From Phoronis australis (lineage: Eukaryota; Animalia; Phoronida), in contig NMRA01000054.1 of NCBI GenBank assembly GCA_002633005.1, forward strand, positions 500,952 to 564,951: a stretch of 64,000 nucleotides of DNA, given 5' to 3'. Below, in pieces: positions 50,816 to 64,000 of this stretch. The stretch's first letter is position 1; the number at the start of each line of letters is the position of its first letter. The position numbers were made by a program, and so were the translations under genes. The notes below the pieces were generated by a model that was not told where the DNA came from, searched no databases, and saw only the letters and a list, made by a program, of their open reading frames with translations.

Positions 50816-51793
50816 AATCCTATTTAACTGAAATACATGTAGATAACCAAAATGCTCTTCACCTTAGCACACAGTATGGCCAACAACTGAAATTTCATTT
50901 TGTCTACGTGCTCAGCAAAAATAAGCATTAAGAGAAATGAACATCATTACAAGCATTGATTGCACAGTGCAGCTGCCTTCAAACAATTTAAAACATAGAA
51001 ACATTTTTATCATCCTTAATACAGTAGTTCAGCCTTTAAAAATAGAGGAATGGTCATGTTGGAAATAGTTTTTGTTTGAAATTAAAAAGCGTCTTCTTTA
51101 TCGAAGAGCTAAAATTTCATTTGACTTCCTATTTTAAATAGCGCATAATTGGAAGAGTAAACATTTTCCTTCGCTAAAAACTCCAAATCAAAATCTTCAA
51201 AACGTGAGACACTGAAATCTGCGCAACCTTTGAATTTTCAAGATAAATGAATTACAGAACACAGGCAATATTTCCATTTCTATATTTCTCAAATTCCAAG
51301 CACTGCTCATGATTTTACATAAAAGGGTCTCAAAATAAGCTTAGAAATTCATAAAAAGCAGTGCTAATCACTCACATGTAGGTAAAAACTACTGCCAGTA
51401 AATTTGAGATTGAGACCACTATTACCACAAATTTATCAAGCAAAATAATTTTTGTAGTGTAACCTAAACTAAAGATTATTTGCCATAAATGACACCTTTT
51501 CAAATTAAGAATAGGTAGGCCTATTTACAATTGAATTTTTGGAACTGATATAGGTTTTCAACTTTTCTTTTGTTTGTGAGGTTCCAATGTGATGAAATTT
51601 GATTTGTGGCAAATGGTTCATTGTGGTGGCCAGACATATACGGTTAAAAGTAAATGTAACTGACAGTGACAATCTCCTTAATTTTCTCGTTGGCTCAACA
51701 TTATTTCCATCATCAGCTTGGTCTCTTCTTCTTTTTTAAGAGTTCTTTCAATTTTTGTTATATCTGTTAAGTGTCTACTGCTTGTGATAGAAG

Positions 51794-52043
51794 CATGCGC
51801 ACACCAAGCCTAAAAATGGGGGGCTAGAGTTTTTGAGAATGTGGACATTCAAGATTCACGGGATACTTCAGAGCTACGAATTGTGCGTTTGCCGAATTTT
51901 GGTAGTTCCTGCCTTTTTAGTGAACTTTTGTCTCGTTTTCTACTGTTTCGGAGTTTTTGTTTCTGAGGCTGACCTTTTTACCCACTTTACCAAATGGGGA
52001 AGGCTCGTTCAAGCCCAGCCCCCCCACCCCTAGGTGCGCGCAT
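51794..52043 (+). mobile_element. short TIR element
   Basis: CATGCGCACACC ... GGTGCGCGCATA ends; flanks AGAAG / ACAAG (imperfect 5-bp TSD); homologous to 2497-2752. Confidence 0.65.
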
Positions 52044-53924
52044 AACAAGAACTCTGTATTTTCACAAAAACTTAAAAATTTGTCAGCAATGATACTGATC
52101 TTACACTCAATGTTGATACGTTTGTTTGCAGTAGCCTTAGTCTTAGACAGGTAATACCAGAAAATTCCAGCTCAGAAATTTGAGCAGAACCTGACACATA
52201 TGCTGCAAGGGCAGACATCTTGCCAGTCTATTGTGAAGTCGCACACTCATTCAATAATTCATGGTTCCAGCAGAGTCCTAGCCGTCCCAAAATTGTTCTT
52301 TGGGAAACACAAAATGATTCAGGAATGTGTCAAGAATTGTTTCAGTATGATGACACTCGTGGCCACTTGATTTGGCTTTCCTCAATTCCTAACTGCTGCC
52401 TGTTGGTTTTTGAGCCTTGGTCCTTGATAATTGTCTATTACTTGCACACCCATCCAAGAATTAATACTATCCAATGTAGTCGGTAGCAGTAAGCAAGCTA
52501 GCTACGCCAGCAGGATAACATCAACTGACTGTCCTCTGATGAATGTTTTCATGGCCAAGCAGACGACTTTTGAAGGGGAAAGGTATGGACACAATAATTT
52601 CCTGGCATTTGATTGGTTGTTCGGATCATTTTGCACTGACACCTGGTGGCAACACATTAGTTGAGGTTATATTTTTTCCAACATTTAAATTAAAATTCTA
52701 ACTAAACGTGCAAGTGTATTCTTGGGAACTTTTTTTTGAAATTGACTTTTGAACATCTGTAGATGGTTTAATGCAAAGTTCCCATTGCCCCCACAAAGTG
52801 GCCACGGAGGTGAAAGATAGGAGAGCTGGGACTGATGGCCTAACTGGGCAGATCACGACTGTTATAAGTATCGATTAGTGACGACCTGAAAACAAAAACG
52901 AAAACATTCAATTTGGGACAGCGTGAACTCATGAAGGATGTAAACTAGGCAATTCAAGAACTGGTCTACTATTTCTATACTTAATTTTCTTTCTTAATAT
53001 ATACTTAAGCAATTACAATCCATCTATGTCGACCGTTTTCATTTCATTGCGTCATATATTTGCTACAGATACGGAAAATAGTTCTTCCTACGCTGATGGA
53101 CGCTACACACTTCTGCTAACATTTAAAGTATGAACAGTCGCGAGTTTACTGAAGTCTGAAGTACAGAAATGTTATTGAAAAATAGCAGTGACTATCTGAA
53201 GAGGGGAATACATAACAAAATAAAATATGGAAACACCAAACAAAAATCAAAACAACATTTACCTGTTGCAATAACGCCTTAAACGCGAACGTACTGACAG
53301 ACTTGCATGAACATAATGTTAGTTGAACATGATAGAAGACAAAAACCGTCTCAATGAAATTTTCATGGTTTACAGGTTTAAGAAGATCCACCGTAGATTT
53401 CCGTATATAGATCCAGCAGAATATATGCTCAATTTGCGTATCTTAAATTTTTTTCCTAAAATATCTGATGCATATCTGAGAATATAAATGCATGCTTGAA
53501 ATCTAAATATAATGTTATTCCCACTAGGATATAATTAGGGTGAGCTACAGTTTTCATGTATTCGGCATTGCCGAGTATAGGCCCTGAACTCTGCTGGTGT
53601 ATTTTTACATTGACGTTTGATTTCCCGAAATTATATGCGGAAATTGCTGGTAATACTTCCTAAAATTAATCACCATTGCTGCAAGTAAGGCATCACCTCA
53701 GGTAAAAATAGAACAATAATAATAAGCAATGTAACAGTCATCTCTTTCGAATCAAACACAATTTTAATTGTTAAAAATACACTTACAGCTGAAATGCCTC
53801 TAAAACTATCTTAAGCAATAAAAAAGCATGGTCTGTAGTTTAAAATCACGTTTCTTTATTGTCTCAAAACTATAAGTGAAGGCGGTGACACGGACAAGGA
53901 GACAAGCTTCTGTGGAAAGTAGAT

Positions 53925-54030
53925 ATGGCCCCGGGTCAGAAACACCTATCAGGTTCCACACCCGCTGCATCGTACTCCAGGTTCTGTATTCTTGCTAGCC
54001 TACCCCTAGGACCACAAGAAACGACTACCA
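53925..54030 (-). mobile_element. possible degenerate tRNA-derived SINE head
   Basis: minus strand TGGTCCTAGGGGTAGG (A-box-like) and a weak B-box GGTGTGGAACC. Confidence 0.25.
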
Positions 54031-55102
54031 AATCTGATTCAACTGACTTGTCATTTTTCGAAATGATTGGTGGAGGATTTTCTTAGTCGCCGCAGACAGA
54101 GAGTGTCACAGGGTCCCGGTGTCCTTGTCGGGATTCATCTCAATCTCGGAACACCGTGGACCAGGTTGTTGTACCTCAGACGGTTCAAGGCGCGAAATAA
54201 CACGATCACAAGTAAATAGACCAGTGGATGAGTGAGCAAGCAAAATTGGATAGCGGCAAGTTCAACCTTTTTTAGGTTTACATAGGGGTAAAGCTCCTAA
54301 ACCTTAGGACTTCGCTAAAAAGCAAGAATTCATGAAATTATGTGATATATTGTGTATTTTATATGAAAACATGATTTTGTCTAGATTTTTCTATTCCCAC
54401 GACAGCTACTGAACTCTAGTCTGTATCCAGAGGTGCATTAGGGTGAGAATCTCACGAGCACGCTAGACTGAAGACTTCGAGACGTAAATTGGTTAGGTAT
54501 TGCAAGCGAAAATCACACCAGCTTCTTTAGCGAGATACATCTGCGATGCTTAGAGAGCAACAGAGAATTTGTAAGGGTAGTGAAGCGTGGTTACATTAGT
54601 TTTTGATATGTGCTATAGTACAGGGACTTACACAACATAGGGCAGGGATGCAATGTCTCTGTAACAATTACGTGTGCGCCGCGCGCCGTTCTGAGTGCTG
54701 GGCCTTGCACTGCTAAACACATTACACGAATGAGCACTACCAAGAAGACACTGAAAAATGAAGACGTTTGAACAGAACTACATACAGATTTTTAATGAAA
54801 AATTTTCGTTTCAACCCAAAAATGCGTTGTTGTCAGAAGCACTGAATGCTGTATGAAGACAGTGGTGACTCATTCCTTGCTAACTGTCCTATTCAAAATT
54901 ATTCAGCAAGCCCAGAACGGCTGCACGAAGGTTTCAATCATTCGCCAGAATGCAGGTAAGTAGCAGCATTAACTCATTGTCCGACGATAGTTCATCGACT
55001 GAAGATCGAGGAATGGAAGTATAAAACCTTCCATGCATGACGAAGCCTCCGTCGGTTGGACTCACGCAGTGTGCGACTTAATTGTGTTTGCTTTGTAACC
55101 AG

Positions 55103-56451
55103 GGCCCGGTCTCCAATCTCCGTACTCAGACTCATACTCATACTCGAGATTTCATACTCAAAATCGTGCTCACTGGAGTCGTACTCAAAAAAGCGTATCT
55201 AATGTCGGATTTCGAGTAGACTCCAAACGTACTCAAATCTGACTCTCATACTCGAGTTGCTATGGAACTCTTTATGATGTGAAATGCAAAATCACGCAAA
55301 GCCGCGCTGATTCATCGCTTCCTATTGGAATAGACCACCCCAAGAACTAGGCCTACATTATCGTCTGCTGTCGCTACAACTACAAGAGTATGTCTATAAC
55401 GTGGAATTTTGAGTGTTCTGTAACTGTTATTCATTTTTTAGTTTCAATAAATATTCTTATGCCATTTCTTTGATACACTTGGCAAATTATTAAGCTTTAC
55501 TTCTTGAGTTCCTCACCCAGTCCCGAAAATGTCTTAAGAAATATGTAACAGCTTATCACATTACATCTCTGTTGCTAATTCAGTCTTGACATAAACCCAT
55601 TGCTGTGTAGGCCTACGCTGATGTCAAACTTTGATACTGTATCTTTGTATTTTACTGGGATGTATCAAGTGAGTTGACATTTGGCACGTGAGTTAAAAAA
55701 CAATACTTGTGCAGGCATTCAGAGTTCACCAGTGGCAGTGAACGGGACGAGACGTCTACTTAGAAATCGGCAAACAAAATCTGGAATTCCGTTTGTGGAT
55801 TGAGGAATTATAGATGACTAAGTTATGATGAGAAATGTACCTCGTCTTTTGGAAACCCTACAAAACGTAGGCACACATACCGAAATAAGGGCAGCACAAA
55901 CTTCTCACACGACTTTTCCCACAACTGCTTTCGACGCTTGTTATGACTCGCCGACAAAGGATTACAATGCGCCTGTTGCCAGGAATTGTAGAGGTAGAAT
56001 GGCGGCCATAACATACAGTGATAAGGCGGGTTAATAAGGTGAAGAATAAGAAGATTTAAGATGAAAACTATTATCTCTGAACTGAAATTGAAGTGCTGAG
56101 ATACGGTAAGAGGACTTATTTTTTTAGATTTGCTGTGTTTCTTGGTTCCCTTTCGATATTTTGTTCTCTGGCTCGTATTTATTTTCGAGTACGATTTCAA
56201 GCACACTGCCATACCAAACTTGAAATTTAGAGCATATACTCGGAATTTTTACTCAAAATCGTACTCGAAATATGGATGAAATACACTTCGCTTCGAGTAT
56301 ACTCGAAAATTGAGTACGTGCTCGAAATTTCGAGTACAGATTTTTCGAGTATGACATTGAATACACCAAAGCTGAGTCTGTACTCGAGTTGAGTATGAAG
56401 TGTGAGTTTGAGCATGATTCGAGTCTGAGTACGGAGATTGGAGACCGGGCC
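55103..56451. mobile_element. PIF/Harbinger-like non-autonomous element
   Basis: CAG|GGCCCGGTCTCCAATCTCCGTACTCAGACTC ... exact complement|CAG; ~31 bp perfect TIR, 3-bp TSD, subterminal TACTC repeats. Confidence 0.85.
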
Positions 56452-57363
56452 CAGCTTTACTTTGGCTACGTCTCATTTGGCTGCTGCTGTTCACTATCTA
56501 CACTACTTTGAACGCTTGATATCCCACGAACAGACTTGCCTGTAGCTTATTTTGTATGGGGGCCCAAACAAAAAATATTTCTCATCGCGTCAAGGATAAA
56601 ATCCAGACACATCGTCGGGAGATTTTAGCCACTGACAAGGGCATTTGCAAAGGCCAGGATGTTATAAAAATAAAAATGTTTCGTAAACACGCAAGTTGAA
56701 GTCAGGCGTGCAAGTTCAATGTCACAATCGAAAGTCGAACAGCACGGTCTAATTAAACTAGAGCACTTGTTATGCTACAACGAAGATGCAGCCTTCAGAG
56801 TATTTCCCGTATTTTCATCAGAAATTTTCGTCATAGGGGACTCGGTGATTCTTTTCATAGCTAAAGCGCCAAACACAAGCTAAACGCAAGACAATCGAGT
56901 AACGGTCATGACATCGTCAAGACAAGGTAAAAATTACAAAACCCGCGTTATTAATACCGATTCTCAGATTCAAGCCTTAGAGTAGTAATCATCTGTTGAA
57001 GGCTTTAGTGACACGGGAGTTGCGTCGATCCCAAATTACTGCACTTCTGAAATTTTCCTTGTCCGAAAGTTGCGGACAAAAATCCGACGTTTATGACATT
57101 GTCTGAAATTTGAGGATCATTGAAAAACAGTTTTTGGACCTTGTACGAATTTCGTGGACTACGAAAAACTCATTTCGGAAATATTTCTTCTTGGTCGAAA
57201 ATGGCGGGCCGTCCGAAAATCGCGCGACTTTACCGTATCCCCAGCATCATATCATGATACATACTGGTCACGATTTAATGATTTGCGGCGAATCATATTT
57301 GCCACAAAACTTGTTGTTAAAAAATTTGGCAATTTTCAACCTACCACATATCCACATCATGGC

Positions 57364-60033
57364 TATCGTAATCGTTCGGGTTAACGCCCTGGGCGGTTAA
57401 ATTGGCGAATCCAAAAAATCGGGGGAGGGCGGTTAACCGAGCAGTGGGCGCTTAAATCGAAAATCCACCTAAAGTAGGGGATGGGCGGTTAACCGACATA
57501 CAACCGCCCTGGGCGGTTAATCTTACCTGGCGATCTAAATCCCGACATGTCAATCATACCCAGAACGCGTAGCCCTTTTCAAAGAGCTTTATCGTCACGT
57601 CGCCAAATGACTGTGAAAACGTCATAACAGCGGATGATCCCAACAAAGGTTCTCTTGCCCTCAGATTAGTCATTCACTATTAAATTTACAAAATTGCTGA
57701 GTAATAGCCCCGTGCTGTCCTGCGGTGCGCAGACGACCAGTGACCACGCAGCCTCCACTAGAATTAAAACTGTTTCAAGATGTGACCCTGCTAAGTGCGC
57801 GCGTGCAAGCTTCACGTGTTGCAGAGGTCAGACATCAAATTTATGGTTACAGTCTCGTACTATATGTAGCTGTCAAGTTCTGAGTCAGAGAGCAGTTTTA
57901 AAATTGGTTGTAATAAAAGTTTGAAAAACTTAACTCTGCTGTTTTTTGTGCTTGGGATGTTATAGTCGACACTGACCGTGACTCAATGACATTTTCAGCG
58001 TATGGTTCTGCGGCTAGCTGTCTTATCTCGACAGCCCGGCATTGCTCTCTTGCCGTTGCGCCAAACATGCTATGCAAAGAAGTAAGACAAGGATCGGGGG
58101 TGGTGGAGCCAGTCGTCGATCAAGAATAAAATTTCAAGCAACTGCATAAATATGTTACAAAATGTCAGAAAACAGCAATGTTTCAATTCATTATTCTAAA
58201 CGATCACCTTACCAAATTTCGTGGTGGAAAAACATTTATTTTTCATGCAAGATGTCCANNNNNNNNNNNNNNNNNNNNNNNNNNNNNNNNNNNNNNNNNN
58301 NNNNNNNNNNNNNNNNNNNNNNNNNNNNNNNNNNNNNNNNNNNNNNNNNNNNNNNNNNNNNNNNNNNNNNNNNNNNNNNNNNNNNNNNNNNNNNNNNNNN
58401 NNNNNNNNNNNNNNNNNNNNNNNNNNNNNNNNNNNNNNNNNNNNNNNNNNNNNNNNNNNNNNNNNNNNNNNNNNNNNNNNNNNNNNNNNNNNNNNNNNNN
58501 NNNNNNNNNNNNNNNNNNNNNNNNNNNNNNNNNNNNNNNNNNNNNNNNNNNNNNNNNNNNNNNNNNNNNNNNNNNNNNNNNNNNNNNNNNNNNNNNNNNN
58601 NNNNNNNNNNNNNNNNNNNNNNNNNNNNNNNNNNNNNNNNNNNNNNNNNNNNNNNNNNNNNTCAAGTAATATAACGGCCTCTTTCAATATGCATCTCGTT
58701 TTTTATGGCCAAAGATAGTGGCGGTATTCAGCACGCACGTAGGGCCTACGTGTGAGTCACCTGTCAATCACATGTTGGTGTCAAGGTAACAGGCACTCCA
58801 AAGTGTGGGAACTTGCGCACGTGCACCACTACAAATCAGTCACACATAGCGACAGTCCGACGAAGTAACAAAACTTAAACGGGCGTGACTATGTACTTTT
58901 AAGCTGTTGTTACGAAAGACCCAGTTCTTTACGATATTCCTCCGTTGCCAATGTTCCCCAAAACTGCGATGTCAAGTCTATTCCCATATTTCCCGGCTCG
59001 ATGCTCCCTTAAAGCCCATCCCTGTAACTAGCTGTGTGAATCTCCTACTATCATCAAGCAGTCTACGTCGTAGATATTTCAGACTCGAATGGTAAGAATT
59101 TTTGTTAAGGCTGAAAATGGCCAATGTATAAACAAAATTATTCTGGATGGCTAAAAAGGGGATGTGGAAACAATAATTCACACAGTCACGCTTACGTGGG
59201 GGCTGACGCAAGAAATAGTAAAGAACAGCCAGCGACATTAGTTACATCTGCTAACCAGTTTGACTGAGATGCAATAAGCGAAAAACAAAATTTGACTAGC
59301 CTTTTTTATTACTTCAAGATCATACACAAACATACATTATTGCCAACGTTTGAATTCAGAAATCGACAGGCAGCAACGAAATCGGTAACCCAGTAAGGCA
59401 CTTGTACTGTCCCTTCGGTCGCCCCACATCCTCCATAACCCGGCAGTTATATTCATAAAAATATTGAGAATTTGACATCTTTCCTTAATAGAATCTGGAG
59501 GGTTGGCAAAACCATTGTCACATTTCTCTGGCCTGATTTTTTCGAATATATGTTTTATCTAGTGCACTGCAGAGGGAAACTCAGCGCGGCAGACAAAGTC
59601 GCTGAAAGCGGAAGTTCTGACGCCGGCGGCGTTCTTAAACTTTGCAAACAAGGGAAGAAAATAAAGTGACAAAAAGGTTCAAGTATTATATTTTGAAGTG
59701 AGTTCATGACCCAAGACAATAACTCGTTACCTGTATTGTAATTCAGATTGCTAAACCACCGTCTCGGAGTCCCGGCGTCGTTGCACTCCTTGTCATCATC
59801 GATCTTTTTCTAAAAGTCGGGGAATCGCCCGTTTCCTTAGAACTAGGCGCTAAATCTTCATTCTTTAAAAGTCGGGGATGGGCGCTTAACTGAGAGGTGG
59901 GCGCTTAACAGGAAATCTTCAAAAATCGCAGGGGGGCGGTTAACCGCGCAGTGGGCGGTTAAATCGAAAATCCACTTAAAGTCGGGGGTGGGCGGTTAAC
60001 TGAGCATGGGCGTTAACCCGAACGATTATCGTA
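57364..60033 (+). mobile_element. 2.7 kb non-autonomous Tc1/mariner(pogo)-like element, long form of MITE 41385-41547
   Basis: same TIR CGTAATCGTTCGGGTTAACGCCC at both ends, TA flanks, subterminal GGGCGGTTAA repeats; internal N gap. Confidence 0.82.
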
Positions 60034-60509
60034 ATTTGGTCAACCAATCACAGAGACAAGGAATTAGCCTCCAAGTTGCACTTGAAGCTTGATTTATAGT
60101 ATATAGATGCTACAAAACATTGTTCACTAGTTAAGAACTTCCATTATTCACAACAAGATAATTGACATTTTGAAAATGTCAGTTTTGGGGATTAGTTAGT
60201 AGTGAAGAATTATAGGAGTTATAGACACATTTTGAAAGACAAAAGCACAAGATTATTCAGTGGACATTGACTGACTGAGCTGGAACATGGAGTCAAGAAC
60301 TAGTCTAATATGACCAAGGAACTCAACAATAGGGATTTTTTTAGCAAACTAAATGTAGGTCCACGCTTTTCAATTTTGTTAATTATTGGGAAATGAACAA
60401 TCCCGGCTGGCTGCTGCACCTTTTTAGAAATTTCTCAATGAGCCAATAAAATGGAGAGTCAAGTGTTCTACTTTAGTAATACAAGATCTGTTTAAGTAAG
60501 GTAACATAC

Positions 60510-60629
60510 CTTCACAATTGACACCATCACCAAAAAATCCACTGTTGCAATGACACAAGAACTTGGTCTGTAGATTGATACACGTTGCGTTCTCATGACA
60601 ATTGTGACCTTGGCCACAGAAGTCTTGTC
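60510..60629 (-). CDS. NELL: NELL-like exon, EGF1
   Basis: [39 protein letters not shown]; tttatag acceptor, gtatg donor, phase 1-1. Confidence 0.88.
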
Positions 60630-62089
60630 CTATAAATGGCAAAAATAAAATAAAATAAACAATGTTTTTACCCCAAACTACATTCATTGTCTACATTTAG
60701 AAATCATTTTACATCACCCTGTCATATAACGTGATTCTCTCGGTAATTATATATTATAATTGTAAACCAATTTATGATGCCTATGCACTTGTTGTCATCA
60801 TTGTCTAAGTAATCATTTTATAGCTGTAAACCATTCACCTATGGCCATTGTGATAAGAAATCAGGGTATACGTTGGTTGCTGGTTGTGGTCCAATTTTCC
60901 ACAATTTTGTAACAAATTGGGACATAGTATAGTGAGCCCCGAATCGAATCAATCGAATTGCAAAGTCAAAAGCTAGGTCAGGGTTACTCGCAAAGCCAAA
61001 TTGGAGTTGTACTCCCAGACCTAACCCCATATTCAACGAACCCCTATGAAAGGCCTACCTCACAATGTGTTGATAGTGAGGAGGTTAGGATATACGGAGG
61101 AATGTTGAGGCGTGACTTTTGTGAACAATCTGTCTAATCACATTATAGTTTGTAAACTGTGACATTGATAGGCATGATTTGTCTTACTAAAGCAAAAGTA
61201 AAGAAATGAGAAAATAACTAAGAGCATTTATGGTAAATTGTCATGCTCATATATTTAACAAATACGGCAAATTCGAACTGGTATTTATTTGTTTGTGATA
61301 CAATAGGAATGTGTGGTTGCTCTGAGCCAAGAGACTTAGGGTAACTTTCACCAACTTTAATGGGATATGTCAACTGTAGTGGCTCAAGAAAATGAGTCAA
61401 CCAGATACGGTTGGCGAACTGAACAATATATCAAGAGAGGCTATGAATGACCCAGGTCCAAAAAAATTTAAAAAAAACAAACCGGTTTGCAAAGAACTGA
61501 TAACTCGTTTTTCTTCGAGACCATGCTCATAATACAAAATTACATGAAGTGCCTAGCTTTAAGCAATATCTGATTAGTTCTTTGGAAGCCATGAAATCAC
61601 TCCTAGATTTTCTAAAGAAAGATGTGAGACAAACAATCAGACAATAAATCAGGTTGTTGCAAATAATAGGGCTCAATCAGAGCCGGGTTCTCTCCCACCA
61701 AAAAAAATTTGTAACTTAAAGCCTTACAATCTCCTTAAATCTCCTGAGTCAGCTGTGAGTAACTCCCACTAGTGAGATGACAGTGGGTACAGTACCCCTT
61801 AATAGCAATGAGAAGTACCCTGGAAGCTAATTTTTTTTACTTTGTAACAAATCAGGGTTCAATATACTCAGGGCCTCCACTTGTTCAAACAGCTTAGCAA
61901 TGACACTCTCCAGCTATAATTTCAGCAAGTCAGGCTCTATTATGTTATGTCTTAACACAATTAACTAATATATGAAATACTGGCTGTGGAATACTTCTCA
62001 AACAATAAGCCAAGATTGTTTAGATCCTGTTGACATCCAGTAAATGAAAGCACTATGATTACGTCAGCTGTTAGTGTAGTGGGAACCCG

Positions 62090-63529
62090 GGTGAGAATTT
62101 TACATGTTTGACACGCTCTTGAGCATGTCAAACGTGTAAAAAGCGTGTCAAATGTGTAAAATTTTACACGCTAGCGAGTCAAATGTGTAATAATGTGCCA
62201 TGCCAGCGTATCAAATGTGTAAACTGGGACACGATAGCACGTCAAATGTGTAAAATGTGACATGCTAGTGTGTCAAACATGTAAAATTTTACACGCTAGT
62301 GTGTCAAACGTGTAAAATATGATAGAACTCTTCAATAAAGATACAATTTAAATAGTCTTGGCAGTTCTGAAAAGACCGCTAGGAGCTAATCACCCAATTT
62401 GAATGACTAAACATGTCCCCTTAATAACATCAAAGAATTTGCAACAAAAGATTTCACTGCCTTAGTTTTCAAATGTCCAAATACTGAGTTCAAGTTGGTT
62501 TAGCTGTCAGAGAGTGCAGTTGTGTCAGGAGAGCACTTATGAAGCATGGTTATTCGAGTGTGATGCAGCTCTAACAGAAGTTTGGTATGTATATACTGTG
62601 GTTGACAGTGGCTTGATAAACTTTTCTTGCGAATGGTCCTTCTGTTAAACATGTAAGTTCGATTGAAACAGAAAACAAGAGTCAGTAGAAACTGATGACT
62701 ATGCAGGTAATATATGAAGTTGGAACGCCTCTCATCTTCAGTAGTATATCAATTCATAATTGTTGTTATAGGATCAACTCACATTTTGTGTCAGCTTGAA
62801 TGAGGATACGATATTGTGTGTAGAGGTTTGGGCTGCAAATTTAAACTCGATGTTATGACAAATGTTGAATCGCTCTTGGTAATTCAAAAATGTTACACTA
62901 GTGCATCTTTTCTTTACTTCATAAACTGTCTTCAAGCAACTGGCATGACTCTAAAGCTAACTTATATACATATATATAGCAGCTTAAGCACTTCGAACTT
63001 GTATGCTGAACCATTTTCATATTTCTGTGTTAATGTTATTTTAGATGTAATGAAATTTAGTGATAACAATCTGTGGTAAGAATTGGATAGTTACATTATC
63101 CTTTTAAAGATTTTATATCATCATCACATTTTGGATTATTTACATTTCACAATAAACACTGACTTAATTAAAGAAAAAATCCATTTATACATTTGCTTTC
63201 AGTATGGATTCCCAATGGTACGTGCTGCAATAAACAAGAACATTATGGCTTGTCCACGGCCTCAGGCTAAATGTGGGGTCGCTACCATAGCAATGACACA
63301 GATTACAGACCAGAATGGCAAAAGTGCCACCTTTGACACACTAGTGTGGCACAATTAAGCACTACGTTTGACAGGCTAGCGTGGCAAAAGCGCCACCTTT
63401 GACACGCTAAACGTGTCAAACGTGGAGTATTGGAATGAAAATTACATGCTTTTGCCACGTTTTACACGTTTGACACGCTATTCCAATACTTCTCGTTTTC
63501 AGAGTGTGTCAAACGTGTAAATTCTCACC
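62090..63529. mobile_element. non-autonomous TIR element with subterminal TGTCAAA(C/T)GTGTAAA arrays (CMC/EnSpm-like architecture)
   Basis: GGTGAGAATTTTACATGTTTGACACGCTCT ... AGAGTGTGTCAAACGTGTAAATTCTCACC; motif arrays at 62120-62317 and 63320-63520. Confidence 0.7.
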
Positions 63530-64000
63530 AGACTTTGTTTCTCTGCAGCTCTTTCACGGGTGAGAAACAACATGACCACTGGTCCTCGTAAACCGGACTG
63601 ACTCACCCAAAACAGGACATCCGGGAATCAAATGGGACTGTCCCACCAGAAAATGGGACTGACGCACCTAAAAACATGACCGCCCCACCAAAAAACAGGA
63701 CCGCCGTTGACTGAACATGACTGCCGGGGATTGAAAGCGTAGTCACAAACAAGTTAAGATTTATTACCGGTAGGCCTACACAGATCATACAATGGAGCTA
63801 TATACATACTATGCATATGCAGGTCTCGTGCCGATTACTCCAACGAAATCTTTTGTGCGCTACAGGACACTTCGCTTTGTAACACGCGGCCCTTTTGATT
63901 TTAACCACAAACCAACCACGTTGCACGCTTTTGAGCTAAATAATTATAACTTTATCCACTGCGTAAGTTTTAGAACAAAATAAAAATCGTTTTCACCAAT

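Noticed and set aside
58162-58718. Long ORFs made mostly of X
   Set aside because: They span an N gap
62120-62317. Regularly spaced repeats resembling a CRISPR array
   Set aside because: Spacers are ~16 bp and similar to each other, no cas genes, eukaryotic context, enclosed by TIRs
60630-64000. Search for the next upstream NELL VWC exon
   Set aside because: No convincing Cys-patterned exon with splice sites found; probably beyond the window

Overview
Intron-rich, repeat-rich animal genomic DNA, probably from a marine invertebrate draft assembly, with several N gaps. Three spliced protein-coding genes can be rebuilt with consistent GT-AG boundaries and exon phases. (1) A complete 9-exon DEPDC7-like gene on + (CDS 4406-16173, about 540 aa) with a candidate 15-nt microexon. 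(2) A complete ODF3/CIMAP1 (SHIPPO/STPG-repeat ciliary microtubule protein) gene on + (CDS from 24354) that ends in two tandem paralogous alternative terminal exons (26168-26254 and 26928-27020). (3) The 3' part of a NELL-like EGF/VWC gene on - (11 exons, 60629 down to 33116; its 5' exons were not found and probably lie beyond the window). Introns and intergenic DNA hold many non-autonomous DNA transposons with visible TIRs/TSDs, a nested solo LTR, two decayed transposase fragments, long palindromes and minisatellites. Two exact duplications next to single Ns look like assembly or haplotype artefacts. I found no prokaryotic-type system (CRISPR, operon). The strongest candidate novelties are the duplicated ODF3 terminal exons, the microexon, a decayed duplicate NELL exon and a MITE sitting near its apparent parent element. 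Family assignments come from recalled motifs, not database searches.
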